A stretch of DNA of 59,859 nucleotides, the filler included, from Sphacelaria rigidula (lineage: Eukaryota), in assembly GCA_964200075.2 (NCBI GenBank). It is 8 parts of 8 records of this genome, joined end to end, with 100 filler letters (N's around TTAATTAATTAA, not from the genome) between each part and the next. Parts side by side here need not be neighbours in the genome. Positions count along the whole stretch, not along the records: positions 1 to 7,395 come from CAXNAA020015111.1; positions 7,496 to 14,890 come from CAXNAA020015112.1; 6 more parts are not named here. The stretch is one strand, 5' to 3'. The stretch's first letter is position 1; each line of letters opens with the position of its first letter. Below are positions 1 to 11,990 of this stretch, one piece after another. The notes beneath the pieces are model-generated. The model worked only from the letters and a program-made list of their open reading frames with translations. It did no database searches and had not been told where the DNA came from. Made by a program: the position numbers and the translations under genes.

Positions 1-832
1 CATTTGTTGCTTGCCTTAGTCATTTGACCATTGACCACGCATCCCTTTCGAGACGGAGCACCGTGGGGGGGAAAGAAAGACTCGTCCATGCTTCCTGCTC
101 CTCAACGCTGTCCGCTGATAACACCGTGAGTATTTGGGGGGTGGCTTTGGTACGCGTACATTGGCGCAAGAAGGACACGAGTGATTGGCATGAGTGTGGC
201 AGAGTAAAACGTTTCAGCCAATATATGTGCAGCATCCTTTTGCCAAAGCAAGGAGAGGAGGGCGCACTTTTTTAGTGTTCACGTATCACTTCGCTCTGCG
301 CAGATGACAATATACTGCAGAGCAATAGTCGAAGTTTGAAAACTAGCTCCGTTTGATCGAGATTTTTTCGGAGAATCATCCGTCACGTTCACGCTGAGTT
401 TCAAGAATCGGAATATGGTGAAAAGAAGCGGGTGATTCGCAGAAAATGCCCCCCAATGCAAAACCCCGTTTCCGATACGGAGCAAACCTGTTCTCGAGGG
501 CACGCGGGGTGCTGTGAGCCGTATTTGGTTCAAACGGATGTTTTCAAGGCATATGACATGCTGGCGTTTCACGTGTCTTCATGTTCATGGTCCTGAATCG
601 GTCCAATTCCAGATATGGTCATGTGAGAGTTTCACAGGTGTCTTCCAGTGCAAGGACGGTCATGTCAGACTTGTGCCCGATTCAGGGGTTCATGTAAGAG
701 TTTGCCCTGACCGCGGGAAGCCTCGATTTTCATCGCTATATATCAAGAGTTAATCAACGAAAGAGCTGAGTCGTGCGATCGTTCACCATAACAATCGGGA
801 TCTGTTTGATCAAGCAACAGTCTAAAAAACTA

Positions 833-930
833 TAAGTTGGGGCTATATACTCGTAGGGCCCCCGATGACCGGTGAGCCCGTAAGTCTTTCAAAGTTGATC
901 GTAGAAGTGATTTTCCTTTTGGAATTCGTG
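833..930. repeat. Dispersed repeat fragment (homolog at about 45400-45500)
   Basis: Shared core cccccgatgaccggt..gcccgt....tgat.gtagaa....ggaattcg in contigs 1 and 7. Confidence 0.6.
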
Positions 931-1486
931 TCGGATAATGGTACCTAAATATAAACAAACGTTCATGGCACACAGCAGTGTTTTTTGGCAACCGACGACC
1001 TGGAAACATGGCTTTCAAACGAACCCTTTGTGTTTACACTTGTGTGTTGACTACTATGTGTCGAACAGATGTGGCCAAGCATGTGCGAAGATGTTAACCA
1101 CAGAGCAGAATGATAATCATTGTAGCTGGTGCGATCACCGTTCCTGTTTTGCCGCACTGAGGCGGCAATGATATGCTGCTGGCCGCGGCTCGTGAACGCA
1201 CGGCATTGCGTGCGGTGTATGTGTGGCAATGGCCTTTTCTACGCGGGCGTTGTCTCTCCACCAAAAACAATCATTTTGACCTCCCCTCAACGGCTGTCCG
1301 TTTATCGTTCAAATAGGGCTCCAGGCGTGCAAGGGGTTCACCACTGACTAACGTGGCCAGGCCGTCGAATGAGGCGGTGGAACGCGTGATCGTGGTCAGT
1401 GAAGTATACCCCATTCTGTCACCAAAATCCATGGTTGAACTAATAGTTGGATAGAGTGTATCCTACAGTGACGTTCAGATTTTCTG

Positions 1487-1801
1487 AAGGCTGGCAGTCC
1501 CAATTGCTCGCCAGTGTACGCAGGGCTCGTTTTCGTCAAATCGATATGGCGCCGATTTTAGCTCTGCCAGTAAATCCTTCGCCCATGACACCATCTATAC
1601 ACCTTTTCTATCTATACACCTTTTCTACGAGGGTTATCGGTATGCCCTGGGTTAGGTTCAGTGTTTGGGTTAGCGTTCAACAAATGCAAGTATGTGCTAA
1701 GCGTGAGTTTTGCAAAATGGTGGGGTAAAATGTATCGCATCGTGCGCATAATAATTGGACATGGTGAACAGCCCGGGGATTTGATTTTAGGACAGGGACT
1801 G
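1487..1801 (+). mobile_element. MITE-like family A, copy 1 (telomere-like repeats, ggcgccgattt core)
   Basis: Starts aaggctggcagtccc and ends gggactg (inverted); core ggcgccgattt..gagggttatcggtatgccctgggttagg matches 10853-11137; internal 17-bp tandem duplication atctatacaccttttct. Confidence 0.6.
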
Positions 1802-1864
1802 AACCACGATGGTAGTTGTCTACCTGAAAAATATATATATTATTAGCCCTGCATCTTCACGCAG

Positions 1865-3100
1865 TCAGGTGGAATCGATCCTAGCATGGATTACACCGCT
1901 TCTGGACGTCAACGGTCGAGTTTGTTGGTCGAAGTTCGAGCGGGAGCTGGCGGTGGCGTTATGCATCTTTGGGGTACGGTAGAAGGGACAGCTGCAGGGA
2001 ATAATGTCTTCGACATCGGCGAAGATACTACCGCCTCCAGATTCGAAGAGTTTGGCGGTGGAAAAGACGGCGTCGCTGCCAAGCGCAGGCACAGAGCGGC
2101 CGACCCGACGTCGAACGAGGGTGGACGCAACAGTGGAGGCGCAGGATGAGATCAAGCCGAAGACGCCGCGGCGCCATACGTAGTGGCTGCTCGCACGCTA
2201 GCAGCCCGAGATGTTCCCATAGCTGAGGTGGGAGCGATTGAAGTAATAGGTTCGGCATAGGAGGGGACCGCCCATTTGCGGCGCCGGCGTCAGCACTGGT
2301 GGGTCAGCGAGATGGATAGCAGTTTAAGGAGCCGTTGGTATTGTACCGGCGTCCGAAAGGAGGGACGCGGCGGAAGGATGCGACACGGAGAAATATGAAT
2401 TTATTGCCGCAGGCACATGCAGTGACTTTATTGGCGCAACAACGAATGGAGACACCGGTTGAGGCCGCCGTAGCGATGGTGCCAACGGAGGCGACGGCGT
2501 ATCGGAGACAGGGAAGTCAGTCAGAGGCGGCGTAACCACCGATGATGAGTTGACGATGAAGCGATTTTCAGTCACCCCGATGGGAAAGGTGCGGGGATCA
2601 TAGACAGCGGAAGCAGTCGGGGTGCCATGCAGGACGGCCGCTGTAGCGCAGGAGCCGAGAACGCCGAATGCGTGACTCACGAAATCACTGGTGCTGGCAA
2701 CATAGTACAGCGTGGTGCCGACAGCGGGCCGCATAAAAGGTATACAGCCAGCCGCGGGGATAGCAAAGATAGCAACGACATCGTCGCCGATGGCGACAAT
2801 ACCGGCGCCTTCGGTAAGGAAAGCGGTATGAGGGACGGCGAACATGGACGCACCATCGTAGATGGCGGCAGTGGTATATTCAAGGGAACGACAGTAGAAC
2901 ACATATCCTACGGTGGGGCTTATAGAGGCCGGGGCGCAAGCCACGGCCACAGGGGCAACGGATGCAGAGGAGGCGGTGGTCGTGGGGCGGGTCAACTAGC
3001 CGTTTACAGGCGGCGGTGAAGGAGGACGCGCCGCCGGTGAGCGAAGCGGCAGTGGTGCGGACTGAGCGGGACTTTGTACCCTCACGGAGGAAATAGGCGA
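1865..3100 (-). pseudogene. GC-rich degenerate Pro/Ser/Ala/Thr-rich coding-like region, probably a decayed TE ORF
   Basis: 223-aa ORF 2324-2995 and neighbouring broken frames; composition resembles the gag-like ORF in contig 8; no diagnostic motif. Confidence 0.3.
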
Positions 3101-3199
3101 CTTCTCCAGCCGGGTCGTAACATCTGAGCTACCCACCCGCAACGCCGACCGGGGGTGCGAGACAGAAGCTCAGAGGGTCGACGATGCGGGAGTAGAAGA

Positions 3200-4650
3200 G
3201 CGCGAGGCGGCGAGCCCACGAGGCCGACCTTGTATGGGGCTCGGTGTATTGCGACGAATTAGTGCGTGGGCCATGGGGCTACCATACGTGCGTGTCAGTC
3301 ACACGGCTGTATTCTTAACATCCTGGGTCGCTCGCCAGCGCTACGCCCCAGCGCAGACAACAGAGCGAGGCCTGACCAGCAGCCAGATTAAGAGCACATG
3401 GTACACGAGGATCTCAACAAACACCGCACGAAGCTGGAGGCTCTTGGCGAAACACACGCCGATGACGGCCCCGACAACAGCCTTGACATGATTCGTCTCC
3501 TCGACCAACACCTGACCACCAGGTTGACGCAACTGTGCGCTACAGTGCCGTTTCCACAGCACTTGTGTATGGCACAGACTGCCTTGTTCATGAAGTCGGC
3601 AGGCACCGATCGTCGGAGGAAGGCAAACCAATCGAGCCGCTATGCACGATTGAACTGGACAGCATCCTCCCAGCCCTACTTACTGATGGCTTCCTCGCGG
3701 AGAATAAAGGAGACCTCAGGGTCGGGATCCCGTGGCTCGTGACCTAAGCAGAGTAAGCGGCGGCCCGCGTGCGGCCGACAGCGGACGACGCTTCGCCGTG
3801 CGATCTCTACCGGAAGGCGGCATCTCGAATGTAACTCGGACATTACTGGACGAAGAGCTGGCACCAGGAAGTGGAGACACATTCGAGAAAGTCCTAGAGA
3901 AATGCTGGCGGGAGTATGAAGCGGAGTTGGCGGCAGCAGCAGTGACATCATTGGAGGCAGACAGGCGATTAATCGCCACGGTCTGGGGAGGCGCTGACTA
4001 GAACCCCGCCCCGCTCATGGAAGTCATCAAACAGTGGAACGGCCTGTTTTCGGCTGCAAACGATGAGCTGCGTTTCTCATACTACTATTGTCTTTTCAGC
4101 ACACGGAATGCAAGGAGAGCTTTGGTCCGATCATTGGTTCTCTTTAGTGGCGTATCATGGGGCGGCCTGATACTTTCCCGCCGGACTTGTGGGTTCTTGC
4201 AGAGAAGCCTTGTTGATCTCTATGCGATGCGTCGCCCCATCCGCGTGGGACCCACCATGCGACGTACATTGGTGGCGGGGGCGGTGAGACAGTACAAACC
4301 GGTATTGGAGGAGATGGATTTGTTAGATCGGCAGTCGGTGTTGCGGCGTGCGAGGGCACAGAGATAATAGCAGCTTGGCGCGCGGAAGCACATCACCAGG
4401 TGGGGCACTGGCTGATAGCCCTTGAATGCGCTATAATGCCTGAAGTACGTCAAACCGAGGGCCGTTCTTGGAGAGGTAGTCGTCCGCGCCCTGGCATTGG
4501 GGCCATTTATGATGGAGTGCCGCGGAGAGGTGCTCGTGGATATCACCTTCTAGATGGGCACTAGAGAACGACAAAATACATCTTGCAATACGGTGATCCA
4601 ACAAGGCGATGGGCTGGGACCCGCCCTCTCTTCTGCCTTTCAGGGGGACC
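3200..4650 (+). mobile_element. Decayed CRE-clade-like non-LTR retrotransposon (zinc-finger remnant plus N-terminal part of RT)
   Basis: Across frameshifts: RPIRVGPTMRRTLV, Q(F)GVAACEGTE, HWLIALE..NA, and IQQGDGLGPAL(FC) at about 4595-4635; degenerate C2H2-like YCDELVRGPW/GLPYVRVSH at about 3245-3300; truncated before YxDD. Confidence 0.75.
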
Positions 4651-4700
4651 AATTCAGGAAAATTCTCGGGAACCACTTCAAAGCTCTGGGAAAGGAAGGT

Positions 4701-4905
4701 GTGTAATGCATGAGAAGACCGCGTGCCTTTTGGATCGTATCGGAATTTAAACACCCCAGGATCGACGTTTTTCAAAACCGCTCGGGTCAGTCCCTGCACG
4801 GACCGCGCCTGTGAGCCTAACCACAACCTAACCCTAGCCGTAAAGATAGGGGTGTTCACACTCCGATGCGATCCACACAGCACGCGATCCTTCCAAGCAT
4901 TACAC
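4701..4905. mobile_element. MITE family B, copy 1 (about 60-bp TIRs, internal CCCTAA-like repeats)
   Basis: gtgtaatgcatgagaagaccgcgtgc..ggatcgtatcggaatttaaacacccc pairs with ggggtgttcacactccgatgcgatcc..gcacgcgatccttccaagcattacac; cctaaccacaacctaaccctagcc inside. Confidence 0.8.
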
Positions 4906-4912
4906 TGAGGGA

Positions 4913-5018
4913 TTAGCCCTTAGACCGCGAGGTTCGTCTTCTGTTGAATCGGCATCAATTTCAAGTAAAAAAAAGTATGCATGATCCAGCAAGACTAATC
5001 TCGCGGTCTAAGGGTTAG
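4913..5018. mobile_element. About 105-bp mini-MITE family C, piggyBac-like termini
   Basis: TIR ttagcccttagaccgcgag / ctcgcggtctaagggttag; internal tgaatcggcatcaatttc shared with 10349-10460 and 29530-29750. Confidence 0.75.
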
Positions 5019-6089
5019 GCCTCGTCTCCGCGATTGCGGGGAGTTGTCGTGGCACGCTACTGCTCATCATAGCAGATTCGTCAGGCCCACCAGCTAGGGA
5101 GCGGATGCGAGTAGACATCCCCCATATCGGCCCTGTGGGCCCCAAGAAACCCATGAAACCGAGCGAAACGATTTCGATAAAAGCACTGGCGAATGCTCGG
5201 GATTTCATTGTGGAACAAGTGTGTGAAATTTCGAAATTTCCATCTCCTAAGCTCTTTCAGAAGGCAAATACAAGAAGATGCCATTGGAAACGAGAGAAAC
5301 AATCCGGCAGAAACAAGGGTGACAACGGCAGTGACCTCGGGCGTAACTTCATGAATACGTGACACGAATTTTCGAATTTTCGTTCCCCAACTATTCACAA
5401 CGGTGCGGGAACTGATACTTCCGTGGACCAGCCTGGCCCAGTTCGTTCAGCGTTAGGCAACCACACCGATCCACGCCAAACTGGCCGCAACGTTATCGGA
5501 ATGATGATCGACATGGCCAGCGGCGACAAAATAATGATAATGTGCCGATTTTGGGCGTTCACGCTATAATAACCCGGTTGAAGGAAGCCAAGAACATTAT
5601 TGTAGTACACTCAGTATTGACTTTGTAGGCCTGAAGAGCGTTCGCAGCAATGCTCGTAGGGCGGGGGAAACCATGGCAATCTATCCGTGACCCGCGCGAC
5701 TGGCGCGGATGTTGACACAACAGATAACAGTATACTGACCTCTTGCGAAATTACTACCTGCACTCGCACTGCCTGTGTTTTGCATACAGCCAGTTTTACA
5801 TATTATCCCAACACTCAGGATGCCCGTCCCGTGCGCCCTTACTTCCTTTTTCCCCGGTCAAAGCAGCAGTGAATCACAACTGCGACTATGCCTTGCCATA
5901 GCAGTGCATCAGTTGAGTGCCGTACATGAAATCAATGAACCGTGGCAGCTGGCGGACTAAATAATAATACCCGGTGGCAGGCGCCGCGAGCGAACAAGTC
6001 CTCAGGATCTCAGAATCGTATCATCATGGATTACCACAGTCATCCCATTAGCCGAAAATCTGATCGAGAAAAACCACACATGGCACACG

Positions 6090-6305
6090 TTGTAATGCGT
6101 CGGAGGTCCGCGTGCTTAGGGGACCATATCGGAACTTAAACATCACTATGGTTAGGGTTACGGTTACGGTTAGTGTTGAGGTTAGGGTCAGAGGCATGGT
6201 CGCGTGGTCCCTGCAGGAACTGGCTCGATTGGTTTTGAAAACATCGACCCTGAGGTGTTTTGAACTGCGATGCGGTCGAAGCACGGGTCCTCCCACACAT
6301 TACAC
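6090..6305. mobile_element. MITE family B, copy 2 (inverted relative to copy 1)
   Basis: tgtaatgcgtcggaggtccgcgtgc ... gcacgggtcctcccacacattacac; internal ggttagggttacggttacggttagtgttgaggttaggg. Confidence 0.8.
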
Positions 6306-6804
6306 ACTAAGAAATGTTTTATTGATAATGCACAACGCGAGCGGTATCAAGAAGTATCGACTCAGCAGTATCCATTCGCCGGTCTGGACAAAAATACCGT
6401 GATGATTGATAAAAATGGCGAATCAGTTGAGCGTCGGTAGCATCGGTATCAATCGCTCTCTTCATGTCGACATTGACTTTTTTCATCTGCGATACTGCTG
6501 TCCTGTCGCACCTTCCGTACAAATCCTGCACGTGCTCCAATACATGATATTGCTCATGCAATCATATTGCTCTGTAGGGACCGACAGCACAGCGTAGTGC
6601 ATGATAACCAGAGTAGAGTAGTACATTACTATGGGTTCACTGGATAGGTCGCATTTAAGAATTCTTCCACCCCGCGTGGGCATGCAGATGGCTGTAGGTT
6701 ATTCGTTTTTGTCCGTATGGACTGTTGTGCGCGACGATTATTTGGCTGATTTATTTATGGGTTGCATCGAGAGTGCCCCAAAAAAAACCTCCGAGACCCT
6801 ATGT

Positions 6805-6805
<1 letters not shown>

Positions 6806-6847
<42 letters not shown>

Positions 6848-6857
6848 CCCCCCCCCC

Positions 6858-6894
<37 letters not shown>

Positions 6895-6902
6895 CCCCCC
6901 CC
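6806..6902. repeat. 97-nt poly-C tract with three interruptions
   Basis: Directly visible. Confidence 0.95.
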
Positions 6903-7395
6903 GGCCTCTTTCTACCCCCACCGGCAGATTCCCTGAACGTACCCCCAAACTAGAACCAGTTCCAACGCCTGTTTGAGCAGACCCGTCGGTCCGACTGACT
7001 CGTTTTTGAAAGCTTCCCCGGACAAGGGAGCCCACGCACGGTTCACGCACGGCACATGGTACAACACGCACACGAACAGTATCATAGCCCTCACACATAT
7101 GTAGAGACGAACCGCCATCAGCAAGTGGCAAAAGAGCAGCAGTCCTTCACATCATCACATACACAGTTAGTAGGCAGCCGACCCAGCTACTTTTGTACAT
7201 GGTCAGTACACACAGACAGTACCGTAAACAGGAGAGCAGCCACGCACGGTGCGATCGTGCTGAAATATTGAGTATTGTATTTACCGCAGGGTGTGTTGTA
7301 CTGACCCTGGGCACTACTAACGAGCAATACTACGGTAGGGGTGCACTTTTTTCGCGAAATTTTGTCTGGTTCAGAGGCTCCTAACGAATATAGAC

Positions 7396-7495
7396 NNNNN
7401 NNNNNNNNNNNNNNNNNNNNNNNNNNNNNNNNNNNNNNNTTAATTAATTAANNNNNNNNNNNNNNNNNNNNNNNNNNNNNNNNNNNNNNNNNNNN
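7396..7495. other. Artificial assembly spacer N44-TTAATTAATTAA-N44
   Basis: 100-bp spacer; the 12-mer has stop codons in all six frames; recurs every 7495 bp. Confidence 0.99.
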
Positions 7496-7551
7496 GCTCA
7501 CGAGGGGTGTCCTGGGGAAAGGGCAAACGCTAAATACTAACACCCAACACG

Positions 7552-7599
7552 CCCGCCCCCCCCCCCGCCCGCCCCCCCCCCCCCCCCCCCCCCCCCCCC
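7552..7599. repeat. Interrupted poly-C tract
   Basis: Directly visible near the contig start. Confidence 0.9.
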
Positions 7600-8044
7600 G
7601 ATCCCCAAAGAGGCGACGCCTGCTCGTGAGTCATGACCGACCTGCACAATGTTTTTTTCTTGACTCTCGACAGCGAAGCGTTCGAGATAGAGAGATGCTA
7701 GGACAAGGAGGGGCGGGTGGCTGGGGGCGGGGGCAGCTGCTTCATTCACGAAGGAGTCACTTTGAACCACCAACGCAGGCAGAAACCCTAGCTCATGTGC
7801 CCTAAGTATCGACGTCACAAAACGGGTTGACAACGCCTGCACCCGAACGCAAGCCTACAGCAACTGCATGGGGTTGTCTCAAGTCACCCGTTACTTCCAG
7901 TTTCTGAGCAACACGTTCCCCCCTGCCCCTGTAAACGTAAGATTACAGGATATCTCCTGCACGAGCACCCGAGCATACCACACACTCACTCGCTGGGGAA
8001 TGGCCAACTACAACGCAGTAGAAGGTAGAGCGCTGAAGCCGTAC

Positions 8045-8119
8045 CTTGAGGAGAACAAAGGTGGGCACCATCGCGATATCCATCTTCTCGCTCACTTCTG
8101 GAACAGACTCTGCTTCCAC
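8045..8119 (-). CDS. Internal exon, thioredoxin-like domain of a PICOT/GLRX3 (GRXS17-type) monothiol glutaredoxin
   Basis: ctcctcag|75 nt|gtacgg, phase 0-0, VEAESVPEVSEKMDIAMVPTFVLLK resembles the GLRX3 segment (L/V)[24 protein letters not shown]; partner exons not found. Confidence 0.7.
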
Positions 8120-9914
8120 CTGAGGAGACCCGCGCAACAACGAATGTCGTACGAGATCAACACAGACACACAAACACAAGCGCAAGCGTTCGAAGGCGAA
8201 AAGGAACAGTGAAAACTTGAAAATGGCAGAAGGACTTAATAAGAGCACGATATCTCCCCCCTCTTCCTTCCCGAAACAAGACAACAAAAGGAGGATAAAA
8301 TCTTGTCAGAATTGGCAAAGATTCATGGGCCGAGTACTGACTGGAATGGTGGTCATGACTGCATGCCTGCCCTCGTATCATCTCGCGGAGGACCTCCATT
8401 GCAGTCCCACACACATAACACAAAAAGTGGACTGGAACTACATAAAGGTATGATCTTGGCCATTTTTCAGACATCTTTCACAGAGAACGGACTATTCTTG
8501 ACCCGGACGCTGACAGACTCTTGATCCAAAAATCCCTCCCGGCACACGAGTTAAGTGACCCTTTTGCTACCCATCTAGCACGGTGGGCAAGCAAATTTCT
8601 GTCGCGGCTGTGCGTTGGACTGCTCGGCACACTACGAAACCGCAATACAGAACGTGGAGCATGGCGCATATGATGGCGTACAATACTTTTTTGTATATTT
8701 GATATAGCATACCACAGAAAAACAATCGGCAGCTCTCCAGTCTGTGCAGTCCCACATAGCTCACTCAGTAGTTACACGCATCGAATGTTACCCCACCACA
8801 CCGGTGCTTTATGTTCTCGTCACCATTTCTGCAGCAGCGGACCCGTCACGCTCTCAAGGACGGCTTGAGACGTTGGCTGACATGCTTTCGTGATTGTAGC
8901 GGCAACGATGAGGAGCTGGTGCTATGTGTAAAACAGCTAGTATTCACCCTCACCTCGCCCGTTCACACAATAATGGGTGCGCCTGACCCCCCATAAGAGC
9001 AAAAAAGTTGTCATCGACCAAAACCACGAAGAGACCGCAGATCTTCTTCATTACCTAATGATGCACGCCGAAAAATCACCCAAAGTATTTGTGATTTGAG
9101 TGGAGTTTCCACTTGACGATTTCTCTTTTTTCCCGTCCCGGACTACGAGCCACGGCGTGCCTCAGCTTCTCATCGGCGTGTATTTGTCCAAGCTACAATC
9201 TCTTATAATTGTGTTACCAAAGAAATTACGATGATCGAGAAAATCGCAAAATATATATATATATGTTTTGTTCCGCTTAATTCGTTACAAAACTCGGATC
9301 CTGGTGAGATGAATTTCCTTGTCCCGTCAAGCTGTAGCTGTCGTCTTGGCGCAGATGATGCAAAAAATCGTATCCCAATCGATGGCCTTGGCGATGAGTA
9401 TTTGGGGAAACGGTTTGGGCTACGAGCGTAAAGAAGGGCCTCCAACCCTCGCCGGTTTCCACGATACGCGAGAACTTCACCCCTGTTCAACGGCCTCAGA
9501 ATAGATTACACCCATGACTGACTCTTGATAGTGCAGACGGTTGGTACATCGGATGTGTGGAATCTTCGACAGGTGTAAAATTTGAACCTTCGACCGAACC
9601 CCCAGGAGCTGTGTCTGCGAGACATTTACCCCCGTCTGTGCATCACTCGTGTCGGTGGCAAGAGTAGCGCTCGTTCGCATGCACCCAGTGCCATCAACAC
9701 GCCACCATCAATAGCGTAGCTGAGTATCTAATCTCACATGGCGGCAAGTATGGGAAAGCTGAAAGAGAATACAAAACCATAGAGCAAGCTGGCGTTCAAG
9801 AAGAGAAGAGCAGTATCATGATTGCCATGGCACCGCACTCCAACACCCGTTCACGAAGAGTCGCACGAACGAAAGCAAGAATCGACCTTCCAGCAGCGAA
9901 GTGAACAAATTATA

Positions 9915-10090
9915 ACGCCAACTCTAACCCTAACCCTAACCACAACGAAGGCATACCAAGAAGCCTCGGGCAAGGGGGGTGCAGAGCGTTCCCAAGGTGA
10001 AGTGTGCGTTGTCGGGCCTCAAATCGGCGCCCCAGGCGCCGATTTAGACAAAAAACACGTTTTGGGCATGCTAGGAGCACAGCCGCCATA
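9915..10090 (-). mobile_element. MITE-like family A, copy 2
   Basis: ctctaaccctaaccctaacc plus palindrome aaatcggcgcccaggcgccgattt; reverse complement aligns with 10870-11030. Confidence 0.7.
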
Positions 10091-10348
10091 TAAAATCCGG
10101 ATTTCGGTGTTCACACTGAAATCTAGATGGACCAACTTACCCTCCCGAATGGTGAGCTATACTGCGTGAAGACAGCACAAAAGCTTTCAGCCCACTTTTG
10201 TGGAAGCCACATGGCACCGAAGCCCCATTCATGTCTTCCGGTGGACCCACCCGTCTTAAGACACGCGTCTGATGTATCGGCACTGGTGGGTGACGGACGA
10301 CGGTTTGTTTTCAATCCCTCTTGGGACACAAATATATTTGGGCTCCGA

Positions 10349-10460
10349 TTAAACCCCTAGACCGCGATGCGGGCAGTCCATCTGAATCACATGTAAGTTT
10401 TCAAGTGAAATTGATGCCGATTCAGCGGTTGACTTACCCTCGCGGTCAAAGGGTTGTTAA
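10349..10460. mobile_element. Mini-MITE family C copy
   Basis: ttaaacccctagaccgcga ... ctcgcggtcaaagggttgttaa; internal gaaattgatgccgattca is the reverse complement of the 4913 copy core. Confidence 0.75.
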
Positions 10461-10852
10461 TATCATGTTCATGAAATGAAGAGCCATGTCCACGGAACAA
10501 CAAATACACTTGCACAAGGCCAGTCATTCATCCGCTGAAATTGTGGAACGATGGCATCCGATAAATCAAGCTCCTCAACACATGATGAGGAGGTCGACCA
10601 ACATCCGCCCAGCCCACATCACACACCCGGCGACTGTAATCCACTCGTCTGTGCGAGGGACGTCCTCGGTGAAGTTCATCAGTACATACGGCTCCGTCTC
10701 ATGTTGAGTACATGATGTTGGCCCGATTTCGATCCGCATCCCCCCCAAAAAATGGTTCAGCGTCCTGGTTTCACTTACCGGCGTTGGGCTACAAATGATC
10801 ATGGTTGATGTCACTTGATTTGAGTGTGTACAACAAGAATCGGAATTTTAGT

Positions 10853-11137
10853 AGGGCTGACAGTCCCGCCGTGTGCTCCTCGTGTGCGCAGAACGTCTGT
10901 TCATTGAAATCGGCGCCACAGGCGGCGATTTGGGATCCGCCAAGGTCGCACTTTGTCTAGGGAATGTATGTACCGCCCTTGCCGGAGGGTTCTCGGTGTG
11001 CGTTGGGTTAGGGTTAGGGTTAGGGTTGAGGGTAGCGATACTTGAAAAATTGTGTCAACCATAGACATTTGTGGCCCAACGCCGGTAAAATACTTTCGGT
11101 TTTGCGGACCCCTTGGGAGGGACTGCGCACAGTCAGC
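10853..11137 (+). mobile_element. MITE-like family A, copy 3
   Basis: agggctgacagtccc ... gggactg..tcagc; aaatcggcgccacaggcggcgattt; gggttagggttagggttagggtt. Confidence 0.7.
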
Positions 11138-11650
11138 GGCGGCACCTGACATGTTCTTAGTGTGCCCACAGCGACAGACGCATTGGTCAACATCTAAGTA
11201 GAGTATTTCGCGTGCTAAGTGCGCAGCTGCGACCGCTGGGACGACGAGACATAGGCTACGACGCAAGACGGGGCTAACAGCGTCCTAGTGTCTGCTTCCT
11301 TGCGTTTGCTTTTGTTTCCCCGGCCCATTTATTTTTTCCTTACATCATGATTTATGTTGTTGTTCCTCATATATTGCTTGCCACTGCGTCGTTTTTTGTC
11401 CGCGATTGCGATACGCTGGAATGTCGGTGACAGCCACGGTAGAGTTTTGATTTCTAAATGCAGTCCGCTGTTTTTCTCGATATGAATTTTGGATTCATGC
11501 CCTTCTCTTCCGATGACGTGAGGCACACTTCACCCCACGAGCCTGGATAAGCCCCCAAAAGTCGGTCTGTTCGTGTCTCTTCGTGAATTTGGTCGGTGAC
11601 ACTTCTTTTGCCCTTTTTGGGAGGTCAGGCGCACCGATAACAGTACTGCT

Positions 11651-11990
11651 GCCGCACCCCGGTGATATGAATTAAAATGGTACAACTGACACCATCATGT
11701 ACGGGAAACGCGGGTTCGATTCCCCTCACATGAGGCTAGCTACGTTTTCTTTTCTCGGAAGAATCTGGTGTCCGTCGTTCAAAACGTGAGGATGTACGTG
11801 AACAGCAAACATAGTCTCTTTGACTGAGTTTGTTAGACGACAGTCGATGCGGTGCGGGAGTAGTGCAGGTCCAATCCGCGACACCAAAATGTAGGGCGTG
11901 TACGGGGAGAGGTGTATTAATCCAGTGAGACCACGAACTCGTCCCGAGGAGGGGGTGGGTTGGAAGTGAAAAAAGAAAGTAGTGCCGCGG
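11651..11990 (+). mobile_element. tRNA-derived SINE family 2 (head 11651-11725 plus probable body)
   Basis: gccgcaccccggtg...gggttcgattccc (B box); head matches 14991-15060; segment 11895-11965 recurs inverted at 39530-39610. Confidence 0.6.

Noticed and set aside
6398..6572. Minus-strand exon candidate
   Set aside because: Stops in all three frames between the acceptor and donor
6631..7131. Poly-Pro/poly-Gly proteins in the ORF track
   Set aside because: Translations of the poly-C tract only
7440..7451. Periodic TTAATTAATTAA as a biological repeat or spacer system
   Set aside because: Always centred in N runs; an artificial six-frame stop linker
11004..11030. True telomere or chromosome fusion scar
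   Set aside because: Only 3-4 units, at a fixed position inside a dispersed repeat family
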